Source: Camelus ferus
Lineage: Eukaryota
Direction of reading: 5' to 3'
Length of the DNA: 64,000 bases
NCBI RefSeq assembly: GCF_009834535.1
Contig: NC_045696.1
Coordinates: forward strand, 52,826,001 to 52,890,000
Shown here piece after piece: positions 37,324 to 49,400 of the stretch. The notes under the pieces are model-generated. The model searched no databases, was not told the origin of the DNA, and was given only the letters and a program-made list of their open reading frames with translations. How positions within the stretch are numbered: position 1 is the stretch's first letter; the number at the start of each line of letters is the position of its first letter. A program made the position numbers and the translations under genes.

Positions 37324-38759
37324 CTGTGGGAAGGACAGGAATACAGTTTGCAGGGACATCAGAGGGTGCTCCAGAATTTCCATGCAAGAAGGAATTAGAA
37401 AGGACAATCTGACTGAAGAGGGAGAGGATAGGAACAGTCTTAAAGCTCCATTTACATGAATTTTGTGATCAGCTGAATACGACTGATTACTAGAAAACTA
37501 AAAAAAAAAAAAAAAAAAAAGAGAGATTACTGAAACTGTAGACTTGGTTTACTTAAACGAGACACTTAACAGGGTTTTATGGAAATGAAATCTAGGATTT
37601 TTTTTCCCTTCCTCCAATAGACCATCCATTATTCCAACCATAGGTGGGAATATGTGTACAGTCTTTTTTTCTTTTCATAAATTAGGTGGTGATTCTAAAA
37701 GGGATTTTAAATGTATAATTTGAGATTTTTCTTTTTCACCATCATCATGATTACTGTTGTTACCTTTTGAGATGGCAGTAAGAAGTCTCATGAAAATAAC
37801 AGAGCGCTCAAGTCCTACCAATCCAAGCTCAGCCTGATACTGTTGCAGGAATTTAGGAAAAGAAGCTAGCAAATATTAGATGGTTACTTCACTTTTTCCC
37901 CTCCTCTGTGTTCTGTTATTGCTATCACCCAGGTAAATTTTGTGTTTATGTCTGAGAGTGCAGCCTGAAGTCCAATCTGGTGCATAAACACCTTCCTGGG
38001 CTATCAGTCTTCTATTCTCTCTGTCATTTGTGCACTTGATTTTTTTTTTTTGTTGTTGTTGTTGCTTGGAATTAGGCCTTCAAAACTGTAACGGGCTTGA
38101 AATGAGCTCAGAAGCACATCTGATGTGCTAATTTGCCATGATTTTTTAAACAATCCTATGGAAAGTGGAACAAATGTTTATAGGTTGACAGGACTGAGCT
38201 AGGATGGAAGACTTGAGCTCTTGGCTTGATGATGCTGTGTTTGTGCAGGTTATGGACCTTCGAGGAGAGAAAGAATTTTCTGTCCAATGGTCATTTGCCA
38301 GAAAATGGCAACTTGGCTGTGTGAACATGGAAAAAATAGACCCAAGCCATCTGTCTATATTTTATAAAGGAAAAAGTTTATTTAGGTAAATTAGTAAAGC
38401 AAAATCTAGTATACAAAATTCATTAACTCGGCTCTTCAGCACCTGGTTCAGCCCCCTTATGTTTGAATTTTTGTCTTCATGTTCAAAACTATTTTCTAAG
38501 TTTTCTGCCTATAGCAGACTTGGATCCTCTTAGTTAAAAATGATGTACAAAAGCATCAGATGAGTCTGCAATTTTCTCCCCCATTTCATTTTCACAACAG
38601 CTTGGACATCTTCAAATCACTGTCAGAGAGGGGAGGAGTTAGAGCACATTTGGATAAGCACCACCAGCCCGTGTGTGAACAGGTGTGCCAGAGTGGGTGG
38701 TGGTGGTTGTTTGGATTTAAACTTACCTGCTTATGTTTGTATAGACACAAAAAGACAAC

Positions 38760-39745
38760 GTGATGAGTGGAAAGAACCCTAGATTGGAAATTAGGAGTCC
38801 TGGGATTTAATTTCAGTTTGGTTGTGTGGAATTTCCCATCACACATTTTATCTTTCTGAGCCTTGGTTTTATTATCTATAAAATGAAGGAACCACACATT
38901 AATGATCTATATAGCATCCCTTCCAGCTGAAAAAAATCACCAATCCTAGCTAAAACTGCCCATTCTTCACAAATGGGCAGTTAGTAGCATTATGACTCAA
39001 GTGTATTTTCATACTCATGGCTTCTTTAATCCTTAACCCTTAAATTGCTGACTTCAAAATTCTAACTCATTTGTCTATTCCATAGGTTGGGAGTCAGGAT
39101 TGGTAGTCAGAAATAGGACAACTCAGGTCTGATTTTGACTCTTCTCTTAACCAGAACTGTGACCTGGACAAGGGTCTGCATCAGTTTGGCTTTTTCTTTC
39201 TCACCCTTTAAGAGAAGAAGTTAGCTTAAAATGATCCACAAGCTTCCATTTAAAATTCTTTCATTCTATGAATGCTTACGTAGCTCATCAGAGCATATTA
39301 GTTCAGTGGCTAATGCAGAAATTGGTGGCAGTGGTGTGGATGGGGGAGATATTTGTGGAGAGACGGGGCATCAAATCAAAGTTAAGACCTTGGATTTAAA
39401 GTCTGATAGACCTGAGCTCAAATCCAGTCTCTGCTTCTCATTGTCCTCGCTCATTAGAGAGTTCAGTGCTTTGTCTATAGAGTCACATTGCGTCAGTTTC
39501 ATCATCTATAAAATGCTGGGACCAGAGGCAGAGAGGCCCATTTGGAGACTGCTGAAGGAATCTAGACAGGACTGCACTGGGTTTGTGATAAAGGAGCTGG
39601 AAGGGAGTGGACAGATTTGAGACTGAGAGATTCTGAGCCTCAGAATCCACAAGATTAGGTGTGAGAAGTAAGGGAAAGGAGGATGAGTGTCAAAGATAAC
39701 ACCCAGGATTATGGCTTGGGCATCTAAGTGATGCCATCCACTGAA
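38760..39745. mobile_element. Cluster of MIR remnants (about 38760-38930, 39105-39270, 39380-39515) and an L2 fragment (about 39515-39745)
   Basis: CTGAGCCTTGGTTTTATTATCTATAAAATGA; TCAGTTTCATCATCTATAAAATG; GTCAAAGATAACACCCAGGATTATGGCTTGGGCATCT. Confidence 0.6.
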
Positions 39746-40059
39746 TAAATATTAGTTTTCCGTCCTCATCTCTTCACTATATTAGGTTCTTAAACTGCCA
39801 ATGACTCTTCAATCAGTAGCATGTTGGCTGGAGAGATGATCTTGCTTGTGATTCTATAGATTTGTTCAATTTCTCAATTTGTAAAATGAGTTTTAACAAG
39901 CATTTGTGAGTTTCTGAAGCCAAGTGGATAAGAGTGACAAATCTTTAGTGATGACTACTACTTTGCTAAACCAGCCCCAACCTGGGCCAGAGTCCACATC
40001 TTCCATCACCTCCACCTCTGGTGCTCAAAGCTGGGGCACCTCAACATAATCCATGAAGA

Positions 40060-40230
40060 GGGGGGAGGGTACAGCTCAAGTGGTAGAGCACATGCTTAGC
40101 ATGCACAACGTCCTGGGTTCAATCCCCAGTACCTCCTCTAAAATAAACAAACAAACAGACAGAAAGACAGACAGACAGACCTAATTACCCCCCCACACAC
40201 ACCAAAAACAAAGTTAAAATAAAAAAAAAT
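40060..40230 (+). mobile_element. tRNA-Ala-derived camelid SINE (Vic-1-like)
   Basis: Head GGGGAGGGTACAGCTCAAGTGGTAGAGC...CTTAGCATGCAC...GGTTCAATCCCCAGTACCTCC with A and B boxes. AAAC/AGAC repeat, CCTAATTAC block and A tail. TSD TCCATGAAG at 40050-40058 and 40231-40239. Confidence 0.9.
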
Positions 40231-41324
40231 TCCATGAAGGTCTTGTAGGACCAGGGACACAGGTCCCGGCTGTACAATTTTATGGGAGAGTTCTTCCTTA
40301 CTCTGGATATTTCCTTCTATGTAATAGAAGACTAGTGAGCCTCCTTGCTCTGGGACCCAGGGAGAAGGAATGATTTTTCTAACTGAAAAATTGGGAATGA
40401 ACAAACTAGGACAGACTTTCTTTTCCTCACCTCTTCCCCTTCTTCCTTCTGGGACCAAGTCTCTGGTAGGGAACCAGGGTTCTCCAGGGCTGCCATGACT
40501 GGAGAGGTCGGTTGGCCACTCTAAGCTCTACCTCTCACTATCTTGATCTCTAACAACGGGTGCAGCTGGGCCTCCCATATGTCTCCTTTACTTAATTTCT
40601 CAAGTTGTTTGGAACCTGAATAGCTAAGTAATAAGCTATTTATTAGCTACTCAGAGACGCCAGCATGGGAAGGGTGGCAGTGAACTAGGGTTGAACACTC
40701 TTAAGTACATTATTCTTGGGACGGGATGACATTGGTCAATTACAAAGGCCAAACACTTGCTTCTCTCCTTGAAAATCTAGGAATTTCCTCATACCAGGGC
40801 AAAGTCAGAGACAATGATAAATGTATGAAGAGCTCGTTGCTTCTAATATTTCTCAAATAACACAATGGTGTAAGTCTGTTCCAGAGCTTATTGGAACGAA
40901 CATTTCAAAATTTATTTGTAATGAATTCTGTATAGGTGAGGCTAAGAAAAGTTATTACAAGGCATGTTGTGGCAGGCTTACTATAGTTAAAATAATAGAC
41001 GGCCTTGCTCAAAATATGGTTATAATTAAAACGTGGCTTAATAACAGTGCTGCACAGAGGTCCATTGTTATTCTTTACATGACTTTGGAATAGCTTACAA
41101 TTGTCAAAGGACTCTTCCAGTTTTTATTACTTTCAAATGCTGGGTTCTGAAAATGTTAGTAAGGGCTTTCCTCTTATATCACCAATAACAAGACTCTTTC
41201 AAGTAGAATGAATAGGATAACAATGACAGTGACCTAGCAAACAGAGTATCATTCACTTCATCTTCCTAATGTTCGGAATAATAGTAAAAAGGAACAAAAT
41301 CCTGAATAAAAGATTCAATTTATA

Positions 41325-42080
41325 GGTATTTACCATTTGTCAGCACTTTACGAGGCTTTATTTATTCTCTTTATCCAAACAGTAGCCCTAGGATGTAAGG
41401 ATTATTAACCTCATATTAGGAATGAAAACATAGACCTGCAGAAGGTTAGTAACTTGTCCAAATGCACTCAGCCAGCACGTGATGGAGTCTATATTTGAAC
41501 CCATGTTCTGAAGCTCATGCTTTCTGCACTTTCATTTGAATGAGTTCCTTTATAGAGAAATTAATTCCTAATAAGGAAAAATACCATTTAGAGGAGCATG
41601 CTGGTAGCTTAAAAGGTAAATTTTTTTCCCTGCTATTTCTGCTATTACAGGGTACCAAAAATGGTACAAAATACAGTGGCGTAGTGGATACAGATCCACA
41701 TTAGAAATCAGGAGATCTGGGCTCAGCTTCTACCTGTGCCACTCAGGTTGTCAGCTCCTGAAGGCGATGTGTTGACCTCCCGCAGCCCATCATCTTTGAA
41801 TGCTTATGAAAACACCTGCCTACCTGCCTCACAGATTTGATGTAAATATCACATGAAATCTTGTATATGAGAGCACGTTTAACACCTGAAGTGCTTACAT
41901 TTATTATTTTTATTACTATTACTCACATGGTATCTTGGAAGGAAAGAGGGCCTTGGAGTTAGACCTGAGTTGAGTCCCAGCTCTACCACTCACAGGTTCT
42001 TTGATTTTGTGGCAGAAAATGCTTACATTCTCTGAGCTTTGGTTTCACCCTGTGCATGGAGTCAATTTGATTATCTTCCA
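41325..42080. mobile_element. MIR cluster (minus about 41325-41530; plus about 41675-41905 and 41930-42080)
   Basis: GAAGGTTAGTAACTTGTCCAAATGCACTCAGC; GGAGATCTGGGCTCAGCTTCTACCTGTGCCACT; GACCTGAGTTGAGTCCCAGCTCTACCACT. Confidence 0.65.
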
Positions 42081-45014
42081 GGTTAGTGTGTGATGGTGGA
42101 CCAATGGGGTGAGGACAGAGAACTCAGGCAATAAGAAAGGCATTGTTTCTAGAGAATTTAAAAACAATAATAAAACTAACTAAAAGTTGTATTTTACAAA
42201 AAAAAAAAATCACCATGTACCAGCAATACTAAACCAAACATGCTAAACAGTGTCAATGATAAAGTAAATATTCCTCGTACTAGGGCAGGCCAGGCCCCAA
42301 ACACCTCCCTCGCTGGCTGGCCAGTGTTCGTGTGATGATTACAGTGACTCATACAAAATCTCTAACAGAGTCTTGGTACTCTGAAGGTTCTCAGAAAATG
42401 ATGGTTTTGTTCAAGTTACAAAGTTATAGTAGAAAATAGCAGTTCCCTGGATTCTTACTGAATATTTCCTCTGATGATCCCATAACAGATTCATAAACAT
42501 TAGGATGCATCTTTATTGACATCATCCCAAATATAACAGTAAACTAAAGACTGCCATGGAGAATGGAGAGGTGCAGCCACGAACAGCTAGTGAAGGTAGC
42601 CCATCTGGTTCCATATTGAGCAGTTATTTTCCTAAAGTTTTATCACTAGGTGATTTTTGAACCAAAGCGTAGAAGAGTCCAGTAAAAATATAGATGTATT
42701 ACCTGGAAACGACAGATGTCTCCAGTCCTAACTGTGGTTTCTATGGCAGGTAACCTCTGCTTCCTCTAAATGAATGTCTATCACATGTAAGGGTGAGCTT
42801 TAGAAATGCCAGTGTCCCATGTCCCCCAGCATCTATGTTGGGTTGGTTAGCTCTGGACACTGGAGCAGAGGCAGAGCGGAATTCAAAGGGACACAAGAAG
42901 AGGAAAAAAGAGTCATAAAGAGTGATGATGTGAACCTGGTTGGAGAGATAGCTGTGGGAAAGTATTAGCTGGCCAATGGGGTAGAGGGTAAGCTTGAGAG
43001 CTAGGGGTGGCTTTTGAGATGGATTTCTCCAGGAATGGGAGAAACCTCCAATGTAAGAAGAGTCCAAATAAAATTAAGTCCTCATTTATTGAACATTTAC
43101 TGTGCACTAGACATTGGGGATACTGGACAATAAGATGAGACAAATCCATTAGTAGCTACTTTTAATGCACTGTGAGAAGTAAAATTGAGGAATTACACCT
43201 AGAACCTTGAAGTGAAAGGACAGTTGCCCCTAGGGCTGGTATCTGGAAGAAGTTCACAGCTATACTGTAAGATACAAGAAAACAGAAGTCCTGCCTACTG
43301 TACAAAATTTTACTAAGCTTATTTACTTGAGGAGGTTTCAGGTCAATAACGCAGCTTCTGTAAACTCCAGGACCCCCTACCACTTAGAAAATAGATGGTG
43401 CCTGTCAGCTGGCTATGCACAGTGCTGTAGATCAACTGTGGAGAAGGATTACCCCAGAGAAGTAAACAGGGGAGACTGCAGAATCCAGCTTGTGAGTTAA
43501 ACAGGAGAAACTCTTCTGTCTCTCTTATTTACTGCCCTAGCTTCTCAGTGCCCTGCAACAAATATTTGTTGGCAGTTGAGTAAATGAATCAATGAAGTGC
43601 TAGTAGGAGAAAATTAACAGCACTGAGTTGTTGTTGTTTTTTTTAAGTGGTACTTTGGGTCTGTTCCAAGATGATAATCTATTTAGCCATTATTTATCTT
43701 AGCCATCTTGACCCCCTGACCTAATTCCAAACCTTGTGTCTTGAAAAGGAAGAGGAGTCAGCTTAAATAATGGAAAATTTACATAGGAGGCAGGCTTATA
43801 GAAAGTGACAAAGGTGATGCCAGATATTTTTCAATTTGCATGACTTTTGCTAGCCAGACCTCGTTCTGTAATTTCATCTCGGACTCTTCATCTACTTAAT
43901 ACAAGTACATTTAAATAGGATGAATTGTTTGAACAGGACAACAGGTGCACTGGCTAGTTGTTTTAATATAATATAAACAGAGCTTACAAAGTGTTAGCAA
44001 AAAGGTGATTCCAAAGGAAATTGATTCAGAACATGCTTTCTGATTTGTGACAAATATCATTTGCAAAGTTTGGAGAAATGTTAAGAGGGCAGTTTACCTG
44101 TGAGTTTTTCCCGTATTCATTCAGTAAACATTTACTGAGCAATTTTTATAAGGTCAGGCATATGCTGGGTGCTGCTGGTTAGGATACACTGGCTGTTTGA
44201 CTAAGTCCATTATAGATTTCTATGTAATTTGTTATGACAAGTCTTTTTAGAATCTCAAGGGTCTGTCCATATTCTTCTGTGGTTCACTCATTGTGAGGAA
44301 AAGCTCACATTTTTATAAAAGGCTTTTCTTGAAAATTATCAGTATTTTCATCTGTTCTAAGTTACACTTTGGGGACAGTCAAGAAGGAGCAATGTCAGAC
44401 TAATTGCTCTAATAATAATAGGGCCCAGGCGGCTGGCTTTGATCTTGGGAACCATCTGCAATGCAGACTGCTTTGATGTTTCACACAATGGAAGTATAAA
44501 TATTTTCTATGTTCTCCATGATTGGACTTTCAGAAATCTAATTAAGATGAAGGTCAATTAAAAGAAAATAAAATCTTAACTCCAAAAGTCAGAGAAGAGG
44601 TGGAAGATGATGGCGTGGCTGTGTACACATGAAAGAAGCTAACCAACCTAATTATAAATTTGTATAAACACCCAGAGAAACTGCCTTTCATGTGAAAAAA
44701 AGGTCCTAAAGCATTTTATAACATTGAGATCATTAATGTGTCTTTGAAACACACCCAGGACTGGAAAAGAATAGTAATACTGGCATTTCAAAACTCCATT
44801 ACTTAAGAAATAGCAGACAGCGACGGGATAAAAGCCCTTCGGACCTCATCAAATGCAGCCCCTTGCTTCTTGGAAATGAGCGCCATCAATGCTACTGCAG
44901 TATCCTGTCTATTGGATTCTGCTAGATCTGGTGTGAAGGGGATTTCGCTTTCTGTCTCTGAAGGCTGCTAAGCTGGAGAAAGGCCCCAGGAAATACTGCA
45001 GCCCAGCACAGACT

Positions 45015-45330
45015 AGGTCACCAGAGGCAAGTTTCCTCAGCTCTCTTTGCCTCAGTTTACAAAATTTTAAGGTCAGATTAATGATGATCACCTCATGAGT
45101 TTAGTGTTGGGACTAATGACAAGTGTTAATCCCTTAATCAGTGCTTGTACATAGTAGGTACTGAAAATTGAAAACTCTCCTTTCAAATTCCTTTCTTTCA
45201 TAGTTGCTTTCTGTGTCACCTTGGAAAGGCAATTATCTTTCCTTGAGCTTCAGTGTCTCAAACTCTAAAATGGACTCAATTACATCTACTTTGCTAAGGA
45301 CTTTATACAGAATCTCTGGCACATAGGTTA
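45015..45330 (+). mobile_element. Two MIR remnants
   Basis: GGCAAGTTTCCTCAGCTCTCTTTGCCTCAGTTTAC ... TGTACATAGTAGGTACT; CTTGAGCTTCAGTGTCTCAAACTCTAAAATGG. Confidence 0.6.
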
Positions 45331-46336
45331 ATGGGCATGGAGGGCTTAAGATAATGGAAAGTAACTTATCGTCCAAAGCATATTTTCAAATACAGATTAA
45401 GATGTTTATGCACGTATGTCTGTGCACCTTTGTGCATGTGTGCATGCGTGTTGTATGTGCATACATGTGTATATATATGTGCGGATTTGTGTGTGTGGCT
45501 GTGTTAATTGCACCAGAGGGAAGAACTGTCAGGACATCCCTTTGTCCCTATCACTAGCCACAATTATGTGATGTGGAACTTGAATTTGAATGATGTGGAA
45601 AGTCACTCCTAACTGAACATTCGAACTGAAATGAATTCTCTTTATTCCTTTGCTGGGTGACACACATCATATGGATCTGCCCCCTCCCCCCATCTTTTGA
45701 ACTACATCTAAGGATCCTTTCATCTGAGAAGTTCAAAGTATGCCCACTTACCTATGCATCTTAGTGAAATCTTCCTTTCTAATGCCCAGGCTTTAGGACA
45801 AATAGATAACCAATATTAACCTATCAGGTGACCCTGGTAGTCATCAGGGACAGATGGTATCTGACCAGAGTGGCTTGAATTTGTTCCCAAGCCCAATTAG
45901 TTAAATAGCAGGGGATAAGGTATTATCCTGAATCATTCCCTTTTGACAAACAATGCATTAAGGTGGAAATTCCAGTTAAAGCAGATAAGGAATTGTTGAT
46001 TTTTCCAAAGTGGTACGATCCTGCTCTCCACAAAGACCAGAATAGTGATCACCAGAAATGCTAGGGCTACCTGATCATGTTTTCTTAATTCTGTAGTCTG
46101 AATAAAAGACAGAGCATATTGTTAAATGGATGATGGGTTATATTTAGAGTTGGTAGAGTTGATTTATCACATTCAAAGGCCAAATCCTGCCCTTGAATGT
46201 GTCCGATGTACAAATGTGCATCCCTGACCAGAGGGGCATCTGCTTGAAATGCAGTGTTCTTTTGCTCACAGGATTTTCAGAGCTGGCTGAAAGTGGAGGT
46301 GGGCTCTGGGCACCTGCTGGCTCCTGCCATACTCAC

Positions 46337-46471
46337 AGTTCACAGTGACCTTGACTTGTTTGACGTCCGCCGAGGAGACCTCATTGGCAGCTTTGCACTC
46401 GTATTTGCCTGACTGCTCCCTGGTGATGCCGAGGATCTCCAGATACTCTTCTTCTCCTTCAAACTCTCTTC
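46337..46471 (-). CDS. LSAMP: LSAMP coding exon (human exon 4 equivalent), second half of Ig domain 2: (G)[44 protein letters not shown](Y)
   Basis: The translation in ORF 46266..46541(-) matches LSAMP as recalled. Acceptor TTTTTCAG|GA, donor AACT|GTGAGT. 135 nt, phase 1-1, joins the next exon in frame (T+AT=Tyr). Confidence 0.97.
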
Positions 46472-49400
46472 CTGAAAAACAGAGGTTTGCAAGATTTTTT
46501 TTGAGGTTTAAAATATGCAGCAGATGACCTCTTTTTTTCATTTTAGAGGCAATAAATCTACATGGCTTTTCAATAATTTGACAATGTGCTTTGTCTGAGG
46601 TCAGGTTCTATACAGGCAACCCCCAGCCAAGACAAAAAATCATGTGAAAATGATAAGGAGGAAGTGTTCTCAGGAGAACCTGGAAAGGGAGTGGGAAAAT
46701 GGGATTTTTGTTGCTCTCTGTGGGGCAAGACCTGGCATTGCACCACAATCCCTGAGGGAGCTCTGGGGACAGCACAGGTCCCACTTCACCGCTGTCCTGA
46801 CCAAGCGTCAAGAAGCTGGAGCGTTTATACATCACACTCATCAGCCACTGGTTAAAGGCTCAGAGCAAAGTGGGGGTTGGGAGGAGGTGCACACAAGTTG
46901 TGAAGGTCAGCCATTGAAGTGCTGGCATCATCAATTACACCATGCTGCAAAACACTCTCTCAACCAAAGTTGTTATGAGGACAAGTGGCTTCCTTTGAGA
47001 AACTGTCATTCTTCTCCACCAGACTATGTGGAATTCTGTTTGCAAATTTCATATTTGAAATCCTGTCTTGCAGTTCAGTGTCAAACTACATCATCAACGA
47101 GGCTCTTGGGCCATGGACCAGATCCATGAGAATGTGCTGTTGCTGGTGCATTTTGTTACGTGGGGGTGGAGGGGAAGGGAGCTAAACATCATTGGTTTAA
47201 TCAGGAGGGATTAGGGGTCTGGAGGTGCTTTTTGGAAAGTTCCACAAAGTTGGATGTGTCAATTTTTGTAAAGAAATCTCAAGATAGGAAAGCTTGTTTA
47301 ATTCCCTGATTAAATTTCTTTCTTTGGGGGTGGGTGAGGGATGGAGTTGGGGGAAGGAAAAAGGGAAAAAGAAGGTGAAGAGGAAAGGAATCTGGGCTTG
47401 GCCAGAAAGGCCTAATGACTGTAGCTAAATTCAACTGCCCTCACCCTCAAGTTACAAGCTGCACTGCTGTGGGGTTAGGACAGAGCACCTGGGAGGGTAC
47501 TAAACAACACAGTCCTGCCACCATGCAGAAAACTTGCTCCTGGTCATCCTATAGCACTAATTAATAGCTCTGTTCAAATGCCACAAGCTGTTTTCCTTTT
47601 CTGGAAATTCCCTCATGGCCAAATCAACGTAACAGCCAGCCAGCATAGAGGCAACGTCCTTGTCTAAATATGTCAGCTAAGCCTGCTAACTAGGCTCCCA
47701 ATAGAATCTAGATCCTCTTGGATAACATTCTATATAACACGACTGTCAGGAATACTCCAAGTTCAAGTCTTCTGTCAATTGTCATGATTGCTAGTTTTGA
47801 GGAAACGTTGCAATCCCAACAACAAAAAGGTGGTAGTTCCATAAAATTATTTGTTTCGGAGTCCTGCACATTATCTAGCACACACTTCTACTGAAAGCTT
47901 TTTAGAATTAGTCTATAAGCATATAGCTGCATATTATTATAAAAGTCTATTTTTTCCCTGTCTGTATTTTCCCCTTTTTTTCTTCTCTACACTCATGAAA
48001 GTAGTCAGACATGACTTCTCATGCCACAGAAGTAGAATGTGGTAGGAAAGAAAACAGAAATCTTGGAAAGGGTAATAGTCTACTTTATTGGTTTCGGTGG
48101 GAAGAATTTGGGCATGGAGGGAAAACAGATCTTTCCTGAATACTTGCACTGTGAACTGAGAGCCATGCCAGCTAATTGATGCTAAGAATCTTCTAGCTGA
48201 ATATAAATACCCTGAAGACAAGTGGCAACATTGACAACTGGAGGCCAGAATAGGTAGGTGTAAGCTCATTAAAACTCTAGAGTGCAAAGGTGGGATTTAC
48301 AGTAAGACAGCATTATTGATTTTGAGAAAAAAGAGTTAAAGATGAGTTCAGAATGGTTTAGGATTTCTGCCCTGCCCTGCTTCCCCATCCGTCAACCTCA
48401 CTCCTATGTGGGTACACAGTTGTTAGCAGAAGAAAGGGAGAAGGAGCATGGGCTTCCTGGCGAGGGTCAACAACACTGACTTCTTCTCACTCCCCATGAA
48501 ACACCTAGAAATGCTCGATAATGGATTCCTATCTTGCATTTTGAATTTCAATTTGCATTTTGAAAGATATAAGCCAGTACCAGGAGAGGGAAAGATGATT
48601 TTTAGCAACAAGCAAGACACTACCCATTTGGGAAGATGGCACCTATGAGAGTAAACATGAAGGTGAACTAAAGGAAATAAAGTAGTATTTATTGGGTTTG
48701 GATTTATTCTTACATGAGGACTAAAGTGGGTATTCATCATCTCATTTTTGCCTGATAAGCAGATAAAGAAACAAATTTTCACAGAATGAGTTTTCAAGTC
48801 TCTAGAAAGAATTTCCCCCAATACTCCTTGAGGATGAAGGAGGAGTTTCCCCTAAATGCTCCCCACTCCTAAGGCAGACAGGGCGTTTTTGCGTCTCCCA
48901 TGATCGCTTTCCTTCACTCTGTTGGCCGTCGCTATGTCCAGCACACAACAGACACAGCTGGTTCACTACAGCAGTGGAGTCTCAAGGTGCAAACCAAATA
49001 CAGGTAAGAAAAACTAGCTAGTCTTCCTTCATCCAACAAGCTTGACAAGAATGTAAAATATTAAACAACACCTCTGGGCCCTTTTTGTCCTTCTCCCTGT
49101 ATCCCTTGGACCTCTCAGTTGAAACTCTTACACTTCCTGGCACTTCTTGCTAGTCTGTTTTTCTTGTACCCGCAAGAGACTCGGCCCACAACACATAATC
49201 TCTCCCGGTTCACTAGAGCATTTCTCACTGATCCACAGTGATGTGAGAGGAAATGGGAGCTTTTCTGTTGCTTGAAAGCAAAAGAACCAGATTGTAAATT
49301 TTGGGGGTACCGTGTCTTGCCATATCCCCATGCACAGGGCAGGGTGTGGTGCAGATTAGTTACTCCATAAATTTTTGTTGAGTTGGCTGAGCTGAATTAA

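Noticed and set aside
37067..37459. 130-aa + strand ORF (and 36629..36943, 46345..46527)
   Set aside because: Antisense shadows of GC-rich LSAMP exons.
40060..40140. tRNA-Ala(AGC)-like sequences here and at about 59623, 61950 and 63445
   Set aside because: They have disrupted stems and A-rich tails, and three of the four have clear TSDs, so they are SINE heads, not tRNA genes.
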